Source: Eledone cirrhosa (taxonomy: Eukaryota). From it: a stretch of 64,000 nucleotides of DNA. Positions 26,268-40,883 of this stretch are shown here, piece by piece. The notes below the pieces were generated by a model. That model saw only the letters and a list, made by a program, of their open reading frames with translations, did no database searches and was not told where the DNA came from. A program made the position numbers and the translations under genes. How positions within the stretch are numbered: position 1 is the stretch's first letter; the number at the start of each line of letters is the position of its first letter. The DNA lies in contig OZ024747.1 of NCBI GenBank assembly GCA_964016885.1, positions 22,940,001 through 23,004,000 on the forward strand. Reading direction: 5' to 3'.

Positions 26268-27142
26268 AAAATAATTGTTTCTACTTTCGGTATAAGGCCA
26301 GAAATTTTTTTTGTGGGGGAGGGAAAATGGATTAAGTCGATCCAGTGCATTACTGGTACTTTATTTTTATCTATCTCGTAAGGATGAAGGGCAAAGCTAA
26401 CCTCGACGGGATTTGAACTCAGAACATATAGGGCCATAACTAAATACTGCAAAGCATTTAGTTATGGCCCTTTACATTCTGAGTTCAAATCCTGCCGAGG
26501 TTAGCTTTGCATAGAAAATAATACCATACAGCACGTGTGAGTGTTGAGAAACATAAAATGGTAAAGTGAATATCTTAACACAGGAAGCAAACTCATTGAA
26601 AAAGCTGCGAATTGGTAGAGTCGTTAGAACGTCGATAGAATGCTTTGCAATGTTCATTCCGGCCCTCAGCTCTCTCTGAGGTTAAATCCCACCGAAGTCC
26701 GCCAAATTTAACATGCTTAAGACACGCCATATGTCATGACGACGTCCTTGCGACTACAACCGGAGTTATGGCTTCATACATAGAAACTCATTGAAAGCCG
26801 AGAGTGTGCAAAGCGGTTTCGATTCACCAGCTGAAGTAATAATTTTACTTCACTTACAACCTTAATGTTCTTGTGAAAGACATGAAGGTAATAATTTCCC
26901 CATACTTCTCTTCCCTCTAAGAAAATGATCTTTCTTGTGTGGCTAAAAGAAATAATTGTCTCTACTTTAGGCACAAGGCCAGCAATTACCCAGTGCATTA
27001 CTGGTACTTTATTTTATCGACCCCGTAAGGATGAAAGGCAAAGTCAACCTCGGCGGGATTTGAACTCAGATCGTAAAGGGACGTAACTATGCTGGAAAGC
27101 ATGGCGTCCGACCCTCTACCGATACTGCCAATCCACCGCCCT
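26268..27142. mobile_element. SINE copies: 26268-26460 (minus, with short inversion), 26600-26700 (plus), 26950-27142 (minus, young)
   Basis: Family body and A/B boxes. Confidence 0.85.
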
Positions 27143-27381
27143 TGAAGAGATAATATACATGTGTGTGTATATATATGAGGGAGAGGGAGAGGCAGATCGT
27201 ATGGGTGTGTAGACAAATAATTAATAACATTAATATGTATATATATGTGTGTGTATGCGTGTGCATACGTGTGTATATGTATATATATATATATATATAT
27301 GTTTATATGTGTGTATATGTATATATATATGTGTGTGTGCGTTTATATGTGTGTATATGTATATATATATATGTGTGTGTT

Positions 27382-27479
<98 letters not shown>

Positions 27480-28099
27480 CGTTTATATGTGTATATGTAT
27501 ATATATATGTGTGTGTATATATATATATATACATATACACATAAATACACACACACATACATTATAAGCTGACAATTCCCACATCCTGTAATATATTAAA
27601 AAAGTGTCTACATCTTGAACTGAACCTCTAACTCTTAACAGACAAAAAAGACCTAAATTAATCACACAATAATCATAAGATTTCATTTTGGCAGTCAAGT
27701 GATTTCTATTAAAGGACGCCATTGCTGGTCGTTTGGCGGTAAAATGTTTAAATGTGTTTACTAGAGGAGGAAGAGTTAGTTAAACAGTATTGTAGAAATT
27801 GATAAGTGCCACATCCGGTTTATCATCTCCTTCATTAGGGTCAGCAGGTCACCACAGGTTTTCCTATATAAACAATAGTTGATTCGTTTATAAACAGACG
27901 ATGTAGTACGAGGTTAATGTAAAATAAAAGAAGACCAACAACAAAAAATACAATGATATTTAAAGAAAAAAGAAGGTAAGTGAGGGTATTATAGAAAGGT
28001 TTTAAGGTAGTTTAGGATGAAAGAGTGTAGTGTAGCTGCGAAATATTTAGTAGGAAATGAGAAAGATTTTCCGTTTTTATTCTTTTTGATTATTATTAT

Positions 28100-29166
28100 T
28101 AGGGCGCTAGATTGGCAGTATCGGTAGAGAGTCGGACGCCATGCTTTCCAGCATAGTTACGTCCCTTTACGATCTGAGTTCAAATCCCGCCGAGGTTGAC
28201 TTTGCCTTTCATCCTTACGGGGTCGATAAAATAAAGTACCAGTAATGCACTGGGTAATTGCTGGCCTTGTGCCTAAAGTAGAAACAATTATTAGGGCGGT
28301 AGATTGACAGTATCGGTAGAGAGTCGGACGCCATGCTTTGTAGCATAGAGTTACGGCCCTTTATGATCTGAGTTCAAATCCTGCCGAGGTAACTTTGCCT
28401 TTCATCCTTATGGGGCCGATAAAATAAAGTACCAGTTCCGCACAGGGGTTGATTTAATCGACTTTCTCCTCCCACCCCAAATTGCTGGCCTTGTGCCTAT
28501 ATAAGAAACCATTATTAGGACGGTGGATTGGCAGTATCGGTAGAGGGTAAGACGCAACATAGAGTTACGGCCCTTTATGATCTGAGTTCAAATCCCACTG
28601 AGGTTAACTTTGCCTTTCATCCTTACGGGGTCGATAAACTAAAGCAGCAGTAATGCGCTGGGGTAATTGCTGGCCTTGTGCCAAAAGTAGAACAATTATT
28701 ATTGAGTAAGGGTAGTAGATTGGCATAATTGGTAGAGCGTCGGATAAATGCTTTAGCAGTATTTGTTCTTGTTCTTTATGATCTGAGTTCAAATCCCGCC
28801 GAAGTAAGCTTTACCTTTCATTCTTACGAGGTCGATAAAATAAAGTACCAGTAATACACTGGAGTTGATTTAATCGACTTTTCCCTCCCTCAAAATTGCT
28901 GGCCTTGTGCCTGAATCAGAAATCATTATTATTATTATTGGGTAAGGATAGTAGATTGACAGAATTGGTAGATCGTCGGACAAATGCCTTAGCAGTATTT
29001 ATTCCGGCTCTTTACGTTCTAAGTTCAAATATCACTGAGGTCAATTTTTGCTTTTCACCCTTCTTGGGTCGATAAAATAAAATACGAACCAAGTACTGGC
29101 GACGATATAATCAACTTTCCCCTCCCAATAAATTACTGGCTTTGTGCCTATATTAGAAATCATTAT
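28100..29166 (+). mobile_element. Five head-to-tail tRNA-SINE copies
   Basis: Starts near 28100, 28293, 28517, 28704 and 28939, separated by (TTA)n. Confidence 0.92.
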
Positions 29167-29171
29167 ACAGA

Positions 29172-29648
29172 CTAGCAGAAAACCCACCCTCGGGTGGTTT
29201 TCTGCTAGCATGTGTAGTGTGTATATTGATATTATACGCAAGTATATATACATGTAGATATGATGCATCAAATAAAATCGTAATTGACAATATACACAGA
29301 AATTGAACGAAGACTGTGTTACACTGTCTTATGTAATCAGTAACGTAATCCATGATACATTAAAAAAAATACGATATTATATATAAATTGCATTAGGAGA
29401 AAATTAGTGACAGAAAATTAATATGTTTATTTAAGCGATCACCACCGGAAGTGTTGACATTTGAAGATTTTAAAGAAGTGAATCTTTAAATAATAAAATA
29501 TATTTAATGAACAGCCACGAAATTTAGTAGATAAATTATGTAATATTCATTCATTATTTATTCAAAGTAATCCAACTTATTTTACTAAGGGGATAACAAA
29601 TTATAAACCGTACGCAGTCACGCGCTTCTTATTTTATTATAGTTTAGA
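29172..29648 (-). mobile_element. Non-autonomous Helitron-like element
   Basis: Minus: 5' TCTAAACTATAATAAAATAAG; 3' hairpin and CTAG; A/T insertion site. Confidence 0.65.
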
Positions 29649-29956
29649 TTTTGTGATAGATGGCTGAATCGTTAAAACAGCAGACGAAATACATTTTTTC
29701 TTCCGCACCTTACGTTTTTTTTCCGGCACCTTACGTTTTTTTTCGGCACCTGACGTTTTTTCCGGTGCCTTACGTTTTTTTGTGGGGAAGTTTTAATTTA
29801 TTGAACAAATTTCGATTGGATTATATAATATTTGAATATAAATAAAGAAAAACGTTAAGTAAAAGACCCTTGACACTAAATACTAGATTGTTTCGTTATA
29901 CACCACAAACTCTTTCCACAGATTGAGTACTCATTTTAGTATTATTAAACTTGTTT

Positions 29957-30175
29957 GAAAGCGATGAATTGGCAGAGTCGTTAGAACGTCGGATAGAATA
30001 TTTTAAAACAGTGCTGGCTGTCTGTGGTCTGAGTTCAAATTCCATCAAGGACAGCTTTACCTTTTCATCTTACCGGGGGTCGATAAAATAAAGTACCAGT
30101 TAAGTACTAGGGTTGATATAATTAACTGTTCCTTTCCCTAAACTTGCAGGTTTGGTGTCAATGTTAGAAAGAATG
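29957..30175 (+). mobile_element. Diverged tRNA-SINE
   Basis: TGGCAGAGTCGTTAG A-box, GAGTTCAAATTCC B-box and family body. Confidence 0.8.
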
Positions 30176-30294
30176 ATTAAACTTGTGCTTGGAACAAAAT
30201 TTAACAAAAGGGTAATAACTTTATGATGGAAGGCTTTAATTTAAATATCGACAGACTATCGACAATATCCCAGATCTCAATCGCTTAACGAGTG

Positions 30295-30487
30295 GAGTAG
30301 AGCTCGTCAAATCGGACCGAGGAAACAATGTTTCCATTGGTTTTTCCAATTGCTCATACTATCTGTCTGTCGTCAGAAGGAGCAGCGTGAAATAAAGTGT
30401 CTTGCTCAACGACATGAAGCACACCCGGTCGGGAAATCGAAATCACAACCTCAAAATTGCGAATCCAATTCTCTAACCACTCAGCCA
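30295..30487 (-). mobile_element. CORE-type tRNA-SINE; plus-strand homolog at 56673-56845
   Basis: GAGTGGTTAGAGAATTGGATTCGCAAT head; shared GAAACATTGTTTCCTCGGTCCGATTTGACGA. Confidence 0.75.
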
Positions 30488-31542
30488 AAATGTAAAATGA
30501 AAGAGTTTATATCCTAAAATCATGGGCGGTCGCAGGCATGCTGGTGTTGAAAAGAATAGACCTCACTTGAAGAGGAAAGCGAGAAGAAGAGAAGGAAAAC
30601 GCTGCATTGCTGTATATTTTACGAACGGTAGTCTACACTTAGCATGCCGCTGTCGGCAAGCGGTAAGGACTGTGTTTTAGGGTAATCCAGGATTTTGTGT
30701 AAGAAGTCTCAAATTGCTGCATGTGGTTGCCCCTCCCCCATAATTTGGGAGTACTTTTTTGTTGTTATTTTCTTGGTTTTTATTATTTCTTGTTAATTAC
30801 GGGTAGTAGATTAGCAGAGTCGGTAGAGCGTTGACCAAAGGCTTAGCAGACCTTGTGACTAATAACAGAAATCATATATCCTTTCATGATTATAATCATC
30901 GCCATCATCATCGTCATCATCATCATCATCATCATTGTCATCATCGTCATCATTATCACTATCATCATTATCATTATCATCATCATCGTCATTATCATCA
31001 TTACATCATCATCATCATCATCATCATCACCACCCTCATCATTATCATCATCATCATCGTCGTCATCATCACCACCACCATCCTCCTCCTCATCATCACC
31101 ATCACCATCATCACCATCACCATCACCTTCACCATCACCATCATCATTTACATCTGTTTGCACAAGATGCATTTTTGGTCTCCTGTAAATTGTTAAAATG
31201 TTTTGAAAGTCTGTCCTAGGCTTTGTTATTGTTGATTCTTGCAGCCAAAAATGCACGAGTCGTGGTTCATTCTCCCCCACTAACACCTGAAGTCCTGTAA
31301 AAAAGGAACTAAAAAAAAAAAAGAAAAAAATGACATATGTGCTGCACTTCTTCGCTGGCTGTAATCGTAGAGAGATATCCAGCTCTTTAGTCTGGGTGGT
31401 ATTGCAAAGGCTATGGACTATGAACCAGATCTGCCAACCCCTAAAAACCTAAACGAGGAGTACCATGAAAAAAAGTGTTGTTAGGGGCTGGAAATGTTTG
31501 AGGAAGCTTCTTGATTTCAGTCGCAGGGCCTGGGGTTGACAT

Positions 31543-31724
31543 CAGACCTGCCAACCTCTAAAAACCCATGAAAAAAGGTGCCCCAAAGCGGGGAGAAATG
31601 AAGCAAAATGGGGGAGATTTTACACAATGAAAGCTATACCCATTTTCACAAGAGAAGACGTATCTCACTCACCCTAAAGTGGGTGAGAGATTTCTCCGAC
31701 GGACGGGGAGAGTTGACGGGTCTG
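31543..31724. mobile_element. MITE with CAGACCTGCCAAC-type terminal inverted repeats (hAT-like); longer copy at 48862-49426
   Basis: CAGACCTGCCAAC ... GTTGACGGGTCTG; internal homology to 49095-49426. Confidence 0.7.
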
Positions 31725-32161
31725 CAGAAATAGCACCAAATCTCCCTCAAATAATAGCCTACCGTCTTAGAAAGAGACAACGTTGAAAATGAGGTTCTGG
31801 GTTTCTTCCAACACACAGGAAAAGGATGGGATGGACATAGATAAGATTTGTAGGATAATAGGTTTGTTCGGTTAGAGTCGACTCTTGGCTAAACAACGAC
31901 CATGTGCAATCTGCCAGACGTTTCTGCAATGACGTCAGAGTTGTAGTTGTCAGTATGACATCTGTTATTTAGAGCTGTTAACGTCCTCTCAAAGATTACA
32001 ACTTCCAATTGCTGTGTGTGTGTGTGTGCATGCATTTCTGCAATATCAATTCGTATATTTCTATGTATGTGTGTGTGAGTGTGTGAGTATATATATGTGT
32101 GTGTATGTATGTGCATATATATATGTGTGTATGTATATATATATATATACGTGTGTGTGTG

Positions 32162-32265
<104 letters not shown>

Positions 32266-32361
32266 TATTTCTGCATGTGTGTATTACAATCACGCAAAAA
32301 CAAGTTGAAACACACGCAAATGTACTTACTAACAAAAACGCAACACAGACACATACTCTCC

Positions 32362-32393
<32 letters not shown>

Positions 32394-32524
32394 TACAGAC
32401 AAACAAACAAAGACATTTACTGACACATACAAACACGTACATACTCATTGACTTACAGAGGCTTAAATATAAACATGCACACGACCCGACAAAATCACGC
32501 AGTGGAGGTTGCTAGAGCGCAATC

Positions 32525-35310
32525 AGACACACACACACATGTACACATATCTACACGCCGACACACACACATGTACCATATCTTCACGTCGACACACACA
32601 CATGTACACATATCTACACGTCGACACACACACATGTACACATATCTACACGCCGACACACACACATGTACACATATCTACACGCCGACACACACACATG
32701 TACACATATCTACACGCCGACACACACATACCAACGAGACACACACACATGTACATACATCTACACACTAACACACACACATACCAACGAAGACACACAC
32801 ATGTACACGTCAATGCACACACACACATACGAACGAAGACACACATGTGTACGCAAATCTATACGCCAACACACACACATGTACACATACGAACGAAGAT
32901 ACACACACATATATACACGCCAACATACACAAGTACCCATACATACACAGCAACACATACATACGAACGAAGTAACACATGTACACACACATACGAACGA
33001 AGTAACACATGTACACACACATACGAACGAAGACACACATACAAACGAAGACACACACACATGTACACATACATACAAACGAAGACACACACATGTAACC
33101 ATACATACGAACGAAGACACACATGTACACATACATACAAAGGAAGACACACACATGTACACATACAAACGAAGACACATACATACGAACGAAGACACAC
33201 ACATGTACACATACATACAAAGGAAGACACACACATGTTCACACACATACGAACGAAGACATACATGTACACATACATACGAACGAAGACACATACATGT
33301 ACACATACATACAAAGGAAGACACACACATGTACACATACATACAAAGGAAGACACACACATGTTCACACACATACGAACGAAGACATACATGTACACAT
33401 ACATACGAACGAAGACACACTCATGTACACATACATACGAACGAAGACACACACATGTACACATACATACGAACGAAGACACACTCATGTACACATACAT
33501 ACGAACGAAGACACACACATGTACACATACATACGAACGAAGACACACACATGTACACATACATACGAACGAAGACACACACATGTACACATACATACGA
33601 ACGAAGACACACACATGTACACATACATACGAACGAAGACACATACATATGTACACATACATACGAACGAAGACACACACATGTACACATACATACGAAC
33701 GAAGACACACACAAGTACACATACATACGAACGAAGACACACACATGTACACATACATACAAACGAAGACACACACATGTACACATACATACGAACGAAG
33801 ACACACACATGTACACATACATACGAACGAAGACACACACAAGTACACATACATACGAACGAAGACACACACATGTACACATACATACGAAAGAAGACAC
33901 ACATGTACACATACATACGAAAGAAGACACATAGATGTACACATACATACGAACGAAGACACACACATGTACACATACATACGAACGAAGACACACACAT
34001 GTACACATACATACGAACGAAGACACACACATGTACACATACATACGAACGAAGACACACACATGTACACATACATACGAACGAAGACACACACATGTAC
34101 ACATACATACGAACGAAGACACACACAAGTACACATACATACGAACGAAGACACACACATGTACTCATACATGCGAACGAAGACACATACATGTACACAT
34201 ACATACGAACGAAGACACACACATGTACACATACATACGAACGAAGACACACACAAGTACACATACATACGAACGAAGACACACACATGTACACATACAT
34301 ACGAACGAAGACACACACAAGTACACATACATACGAACGAAGACACACACATGTACACATACATACGAACGAAGACACACACAAGTACACATACATACGA
34401 ACGAAGACACACACATGTACTCATACATACGAACGAAGACACACACATGTACACATACATGCGAACGAAGACACACACAAGTACACATACATACGAACGA
34501 AGACACACATGTACACATACATACGAACGAAGACACACATGTACACATACATACGAACGAAGACACCTACATGTACACATACATACGAACGAAGACACAC
34601 ACAAGTACACATACATACGAACGAAGACACACACATGTACTCATACATACGAACGAAGACACACACATGTACACATACATGCGAACGAAGACACACACAA
34701 GTACACATACATACGAACGAAGACACACATGTACACATACATACGAACGAAGACACACATGTACACATACATACGAACGAAGACACACACATGTACACAT
34801 ACATACGAACGAAGACACACATGTACACATACATACGAACGAAGACACACACATGTACTCATACATACGAACGAAGACACACACATGTACACATACATGC
34901 GAACGAAGACACACACAAGTACACATACATACGAACGAAGACACACATGTACACATACATACGAACGAAGACACACACATGTACACATACATACGAACGA
35001 AGACACACACATGTACTCATACATACGAACGAAGACACACACATGTACACATACATACGAACGAAGACACACACATGTACTCATACATACGAACGAAGAC
35101 ACACACATGTACACATACATACGAACGAAGACACACACATGTACTCATACATACGAACGAAGACACACACATGTACACATACATACGAACGAAGACACAC
35201 ACATGTACACATACATACGAACGAAGACACACACATGTACACATACATACGAACGAAGACACACACATGTACACATACATACGAACGGAGACACATACAA
35301 ACGAAGACAG
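32525..35310. repeat. Minisatellite of about 32 bp derived from (CA)n-rich sequence
   Basis: Unit ACACATGTACACATACATACGAACGAAGACAC. Confidence 0.97.
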
Positions 35311-35655
35311 ACGATACATTTAAATCTAAGTACATTTGTTAAGAGTAGTGACTGTCTCGGTATCAACTGACAAAATTGAAACTGTTTTCATGAATTAGAT
35401 TATCGGATGTCAAATTGTTCTAGCATTCCCCGTACTCCATTCCACCTCCATATATCTTTCTACAAAATCTAGTGCTTTATTTTTCCATTTTTTTTATTGC
35501 TTCTACACGTCTTACTTACTTTTTATCTACTATCTTTTTCTGTTTTCTTTTTTTTTTTTCGTTCCTTGTTTTTTTTGTATTTTCATTTTTTATTTTTTCA
35601 AAATGATGGTTATAATTTTTTTTAGCGACAGAATACACCACATTATAGTTGAGTT

Positions 35656-35692
<37 letters not shown>

Positions 35693-35754
35693 AAGCATCT
35701 ATGAGCGCATATATATGCAATGCATGTAACTGTCTATATTTTTAAACACGCACG

Positions 35755-35845
<91 letters not shown>

Positions 35846-36312
35846 GCGCACGCATATATGCATATATATATATATATATATATAAAAAACACCTTATAAA
35901 ATAGGGTACTCGATTATTCTACTATATATATATATATATATATATACTTTACTCTATTTTATAAGGTGTTTTATTGCTCGCCATATATACATACATACAT
36001 ACATGCACACACATATACATATAAATTCTAATAAGATCCAAAAATCAATTAAAGATGATTATCATTTTTTTCAATTTATAGGGAAATTCGTATTTTCTGG
36101 CATGTTTACATGCCGACATACTGGATGATATATGTATATATTTATACACGTTGGTGCAGTCTCGGTTATACACTTTGTACTTATACAGATTACGACTTTA
36201 ATATACAGTATATATATATGCATATATATATGCATATATATGTGTATATTACATATATATGTGTATATTACATATATATATGTATATTACATATATATAT
36301 GTATATTACACA

Positions 36313-36375
<63 letters not shown>

Positions 36376-36478
36376 ATATATATTTTGAGTTTATGTTGGT
36401 TGTATACCAACACCTCAGTATGCAGGCTGGAGCACTCGACGAAGTGCGCAGGTTGGTTTGGTTACTCCGGAGTAGTGT

Positions 36479-37071
<593 letters not shown>

Positions 37072-37084
37072 ATACATTAACAGA

Positions 37085-37143
<59 letters not shown>

Positions 37144-37144
<1 letters not shown>

Positions 37145-38058
37145 GGTCTTTATTCTCTCGTTCACGATTCCACCGAATTTATATTCATAGAAATCTGGGC
37201 TCTTGTTTCTTTCTTCTTCATCACTTTCTGTTGCTTAAACCATTTTGTTTGTTTACCCTAGCGTCCCCTTTATTTACGTGTCCCAACGACTTTTTTTAGC
37301 CGTTGCTCGCACCAACCTGAGGTATATGGCCTTTAATGCGACGAAATGCCTACGACGGTTGGAAGGCCACTGATGAGGACAAACTTTTTCATATGTAACC
37401 CATTTGCAGCGCCGCAGCTCCATTATTATCATATTTACACATATATTTTTTTCTCCGCTGCCACCAGTCTGTTTCGTTCTTTGTGTCTTTACCCTTTCTA
37501 GCAGTCTCTCTCTCTCTGTTAGCCTCTTCCTCACCTTTCACTCACTCATTCTCTGTCACTACCTCTCCTCCTCCCCTTTCTTCCCGTTTGACCTGTCCGT
37601 AATCCTTTTCTCGCGGGCACTTGGCCAAGCCGGTATGAATTTTTTTTTCTCTCTCTCTCGTCTGCGACTTCACAGAACTTATGTTTACCGAATTCGCAGA
37701 CCAGACCCCTTCTTCCTCCCGTTAGACCTGTGCGAAATTCCTTCCTTGCTCACATTTCAACCAGGTTTGATGGTCTTTATTCTCTCGTTCACGATTCCAC
37801 CGAATTTATATTCATAGAAATCTGGGACTTGTTTCTTTCTTCTTCATCACTTTCTGTTGCTTAAACCATTTTGTTTGTTTACCCTAGCGTCCCCTTTATT
37901 TACGTGTCCCAACGACTTTTTTTAGCCGTTGCTCGCACCAACCTGAGGTATATGGCCTTTAATGCGACGAAATGCCTACGACGGTTGGATGGCCACTGAT
38001 GAGGACAAACTTTTTCATATGTAACCCATTTGCAGCGCCGCAGCTCCATTATTATCAT
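37144..38058 (+). mobile_element. 626-bp tandem unit (about 1.46 copies) in (TA)n, carrying the permuted HHR motif
   Basis: Direct repeat with 626-bp offset; motifs at 37312-37377 and 37938-38003. Confidence 0.85.
37312..37377 (+). ncRNA. Permuted hammerhead-like motif with kink-turn, variant A
   Basis: CCAACC-TGA-GGTA-TA-TGGCCTT-TAATGCGA-C-GAAA-TGCC-TAC-GAC-GGTTGG-AAGGCCA-CTGATGA-G. Confidence 0.7.
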
Positions 38059-38299
38059 ATATATATATATATATATATATGATGCGAGAAAAACTACAGT
38101 CCCTCCATCTCAATTCTACTTTTGAAAAGCATAAGAACTGTGAAATCGGCAAAGGAAACAAATAAATATTCTTAAAAAAGACTCCAATTAAATTTTCAAT
38201 TCCAACTCTTTTCCTTATACTTTCACTCGTTTTTTTTTCATTAAAAAAAAACCTAATTTTCTTATATATATATATATGTATATATGTATATATATATAT

Positions 38300-38561
38300 A
38301 TAATATAAGATCAAAAGATGGTTAAAAGAGTTCCAAGTATTTTATTATGCGCATTTCAAAAACATATATCATCATGGGATGATATCTGCGTTCTCATCAG
38401 ATAAAATAGGAAGACATGATATGAAGCTTAAAAATTTCATATCATGTCTCCCTATTTTATCTGATGAGAACGCAGATATCATCCCATGATGATATATGTT
38501 TTTGAAATGCGCATAATAAAATATTTGGAACGCTTTTAACCATCTTTTGATCTTATATTAT
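38300..38561. repeat. Fold-back with a canonical minimal type I HHR on each arm
   Basis: 38453-38523: ATTTTAT-CTGATGA-stem II-GAAA-TGCGCA-TA-ATAAAAT; mirror copy at 38338-38408. Confidence 0.9.
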
Positions 38562-38640
38562 TTTTACTCCAGTCCTACAAACTGTAGAGTGCTACTTATC
38601 CGATATTTGCATTGCTTTATTGTACTACAATAAAACTCAC

Positions 38641-38723
<83 letters not shown>

Positions 38724-38820
38724 ATAATAATAAATTTGAAGACTAAAATCCAAAGAGGGCTTGATATACTTATTGTAGATGTGCGTATATATATATATAT
38801 ATAAAACTGTTATATATTGT

Positions 38821-38883
38821 ATTTTGTCTGATGAAGGCATACCATAATTTAATTTGGTATCCCTGAAATATGTATAATGAAAT
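38821..38883 (+). ncRNA. Minimal type I hammerhead; partial homolog at 57817-57900
   Basis: TTTTGT-CTGATGA-AGG..ATACCA/TGGTAT..CCT-GAAA-TATGTA-TA-ATGAAA. Confidence 0.75.
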
Positions 38884-39012
38884 AAATATGGTTTTATAAA
38901 TATAGTTTCCATTTATTAATAATCGTAAATCTACTCCAAATACTTGTCGAGTGCTTTATATCAGTTATAAAAATATTTACTTGTTTTATCCCAACAATTT
39001 AAATAGAACTTT

Positions 39013-39072
<60 letters not shown>

Positions 39073-39980
39073 GGTGTTAAAGTTTGCTTGAAGCATTGTG
39101 AAATGTGTAAAATACGTAGTTAAGAAAGCCACAACAATGCAGAGGGAAATCTCGAGGTAGGAAGTGAATGATAGATAGGAGAAACAGGAGAAAGTGAAAA
39201 TTGAGAGAGACAAAGATGAAAACAAAACAAAGGTAGAAGGGTTACCGTAGTGGAGATTTAATCCCAATATTTCGGGCTCACGCCCATCAACGGGGGAAAG
39301 TTCCAAAAGGAGGGGGGGGGAACAAGCTAAGCGGAGAAAGTTGTGATGTCGTTAAGACAGGAATGCCGTTATGGGGAGAAAATTATTTAAAATTTAAACG
39401 AGGGAAAGAATGCGCGTGCGCGTGATAGGCTGTGGCAAAAGCTACTGACCAAATGGGTTAAATCAAGAGGGTGCGCTAGCGTGTGAAAGCCGTAAAATAT
39501 GTGTGTGTAAATATATATGTCTGTGTAACTGTGTGTGTATAAGTGTAAGTGTGTATATGTGTGAGTGTGTGTGTGTGTGAAAGATAGTGGGCTGTAGAAG
39601 CTGGAAATCAAAGGGTGTGAAAGGTGGTAGGTTGTCTACAATAGCCATATGGTGTTAAAGTTGTCACCGGATTACCACTGGAACCAATTCCACCTATCAT
39701 TGTATAAGTGGAAGGCAAGCAGTTGGTTGGGGTGAGTACCTTTAGGGGCAGGATCAGATATTTTGACAGCTGCTCAGATTATTGCAAGCCACTTTCTTGC
39801 ATTACACTCGCTTCTCTCAACATTTGGTTTTCATAAACTTTCAAGGAACGATGCTGTTTAGTAAACGAAGTACGTACTCACGCATACATGCAAAGCATAC
39901 ATCCCATGCACCCACATACATACGTGTACATACGCACAAACGCTCACGTATATAGATTATTGCACATGAATATATATGTA

Positions 39981-40042
<62 letters not shown>

Positions 40043-40159
40043 TAACGAAGGAAGTGTGGTAAGGAACCAGGTGGATCATAGCGCACCAGAGTACTCAATA
40101 CTTTGGGTAGTAGAGTGGGTAATAGGAAAATGTTCAAGACCCGGTGTCTTGAACATTTT

Positions 40160-40206
<47 letters not shown>

Positions 40207-40351
40207 CGGCGATGAATTAGTTTTATATATATTTTTTTCCATTTATCATTTTCGGTACGCCCGGCCGACTAACTCACTCGATATGCAAATTAGGCTGCCC
40301 ACCCGTTAATATGCATGAGGAAAGTATATATACTTTCAAACGTTCAATCGA

Positions 40352-40420
40352 CTGACAGGAAGGTATACGGTGCTGATGACAGCTAATAAGCTAGAAACTA
40401 GTTCATCGTTCCTTTGTCAG
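40352..40420 (+). ncRNA. Minimal type I hammerhead with extended stem I
   Basis: ACGGTG-CTGATGA-CAGCT-AATA-AGCTA-GAAA-CTAG-TT-CATCGT; outer helix CTGACA/TGTCAG. Confidence 0.8.
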
Positions 40421-40527
40421 TGTTGAACAAACGGGCAACGATGGTTGCCGAACACTGTACGGCATAATTCGGGCTGTTTGTTTACAAACAAACCGAACAT
40501 TATAATAAATGTTCGGTAAACCCATAC

Positions 40528-40574
<47 letters not shown>

Positions 40575-40883
40575 CATGTATTTATGTATATACATACTAC
40601 TGTACGTCTGTATACATATATGTATGTACGTATATATACTTACATTTATATATATATATATACAAATGGAAGTACAGCATAATCGAAACTCTGGCTGCAG
40701 CTAAGCTAACGAATACAATCGGAATGTGCAGCTAAGCACTCAATAAAGTATTTTACCTTAGAGTGATGACATTACGTTTAGACAGCTTTGCAAATTGAAG
40801 ATAGCCACCAGCAAGCCAGCCGCAGGGACCAAAGCAACGAGAAAACTGACTCAGGAAAATATGACAAATATATATATATATAT

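Noticed and set aside
27565-27860. piggyBac-like peptide KPDVALINFYN on the minus strand
   Set aside because: Too short, and the catalytic GGVD motif is absent
32509-35370. 953-aa His/Thr-rich ORF and its overlaps
   Set aside because: Minisatellite open in most frames on both strands
39258-39300. HHR-like CCGTTGA-TGGGC-GTGA-GCCC-GAAA on the minus strand
   Set aside because: The core has multiple substitutions; at most a dead relic
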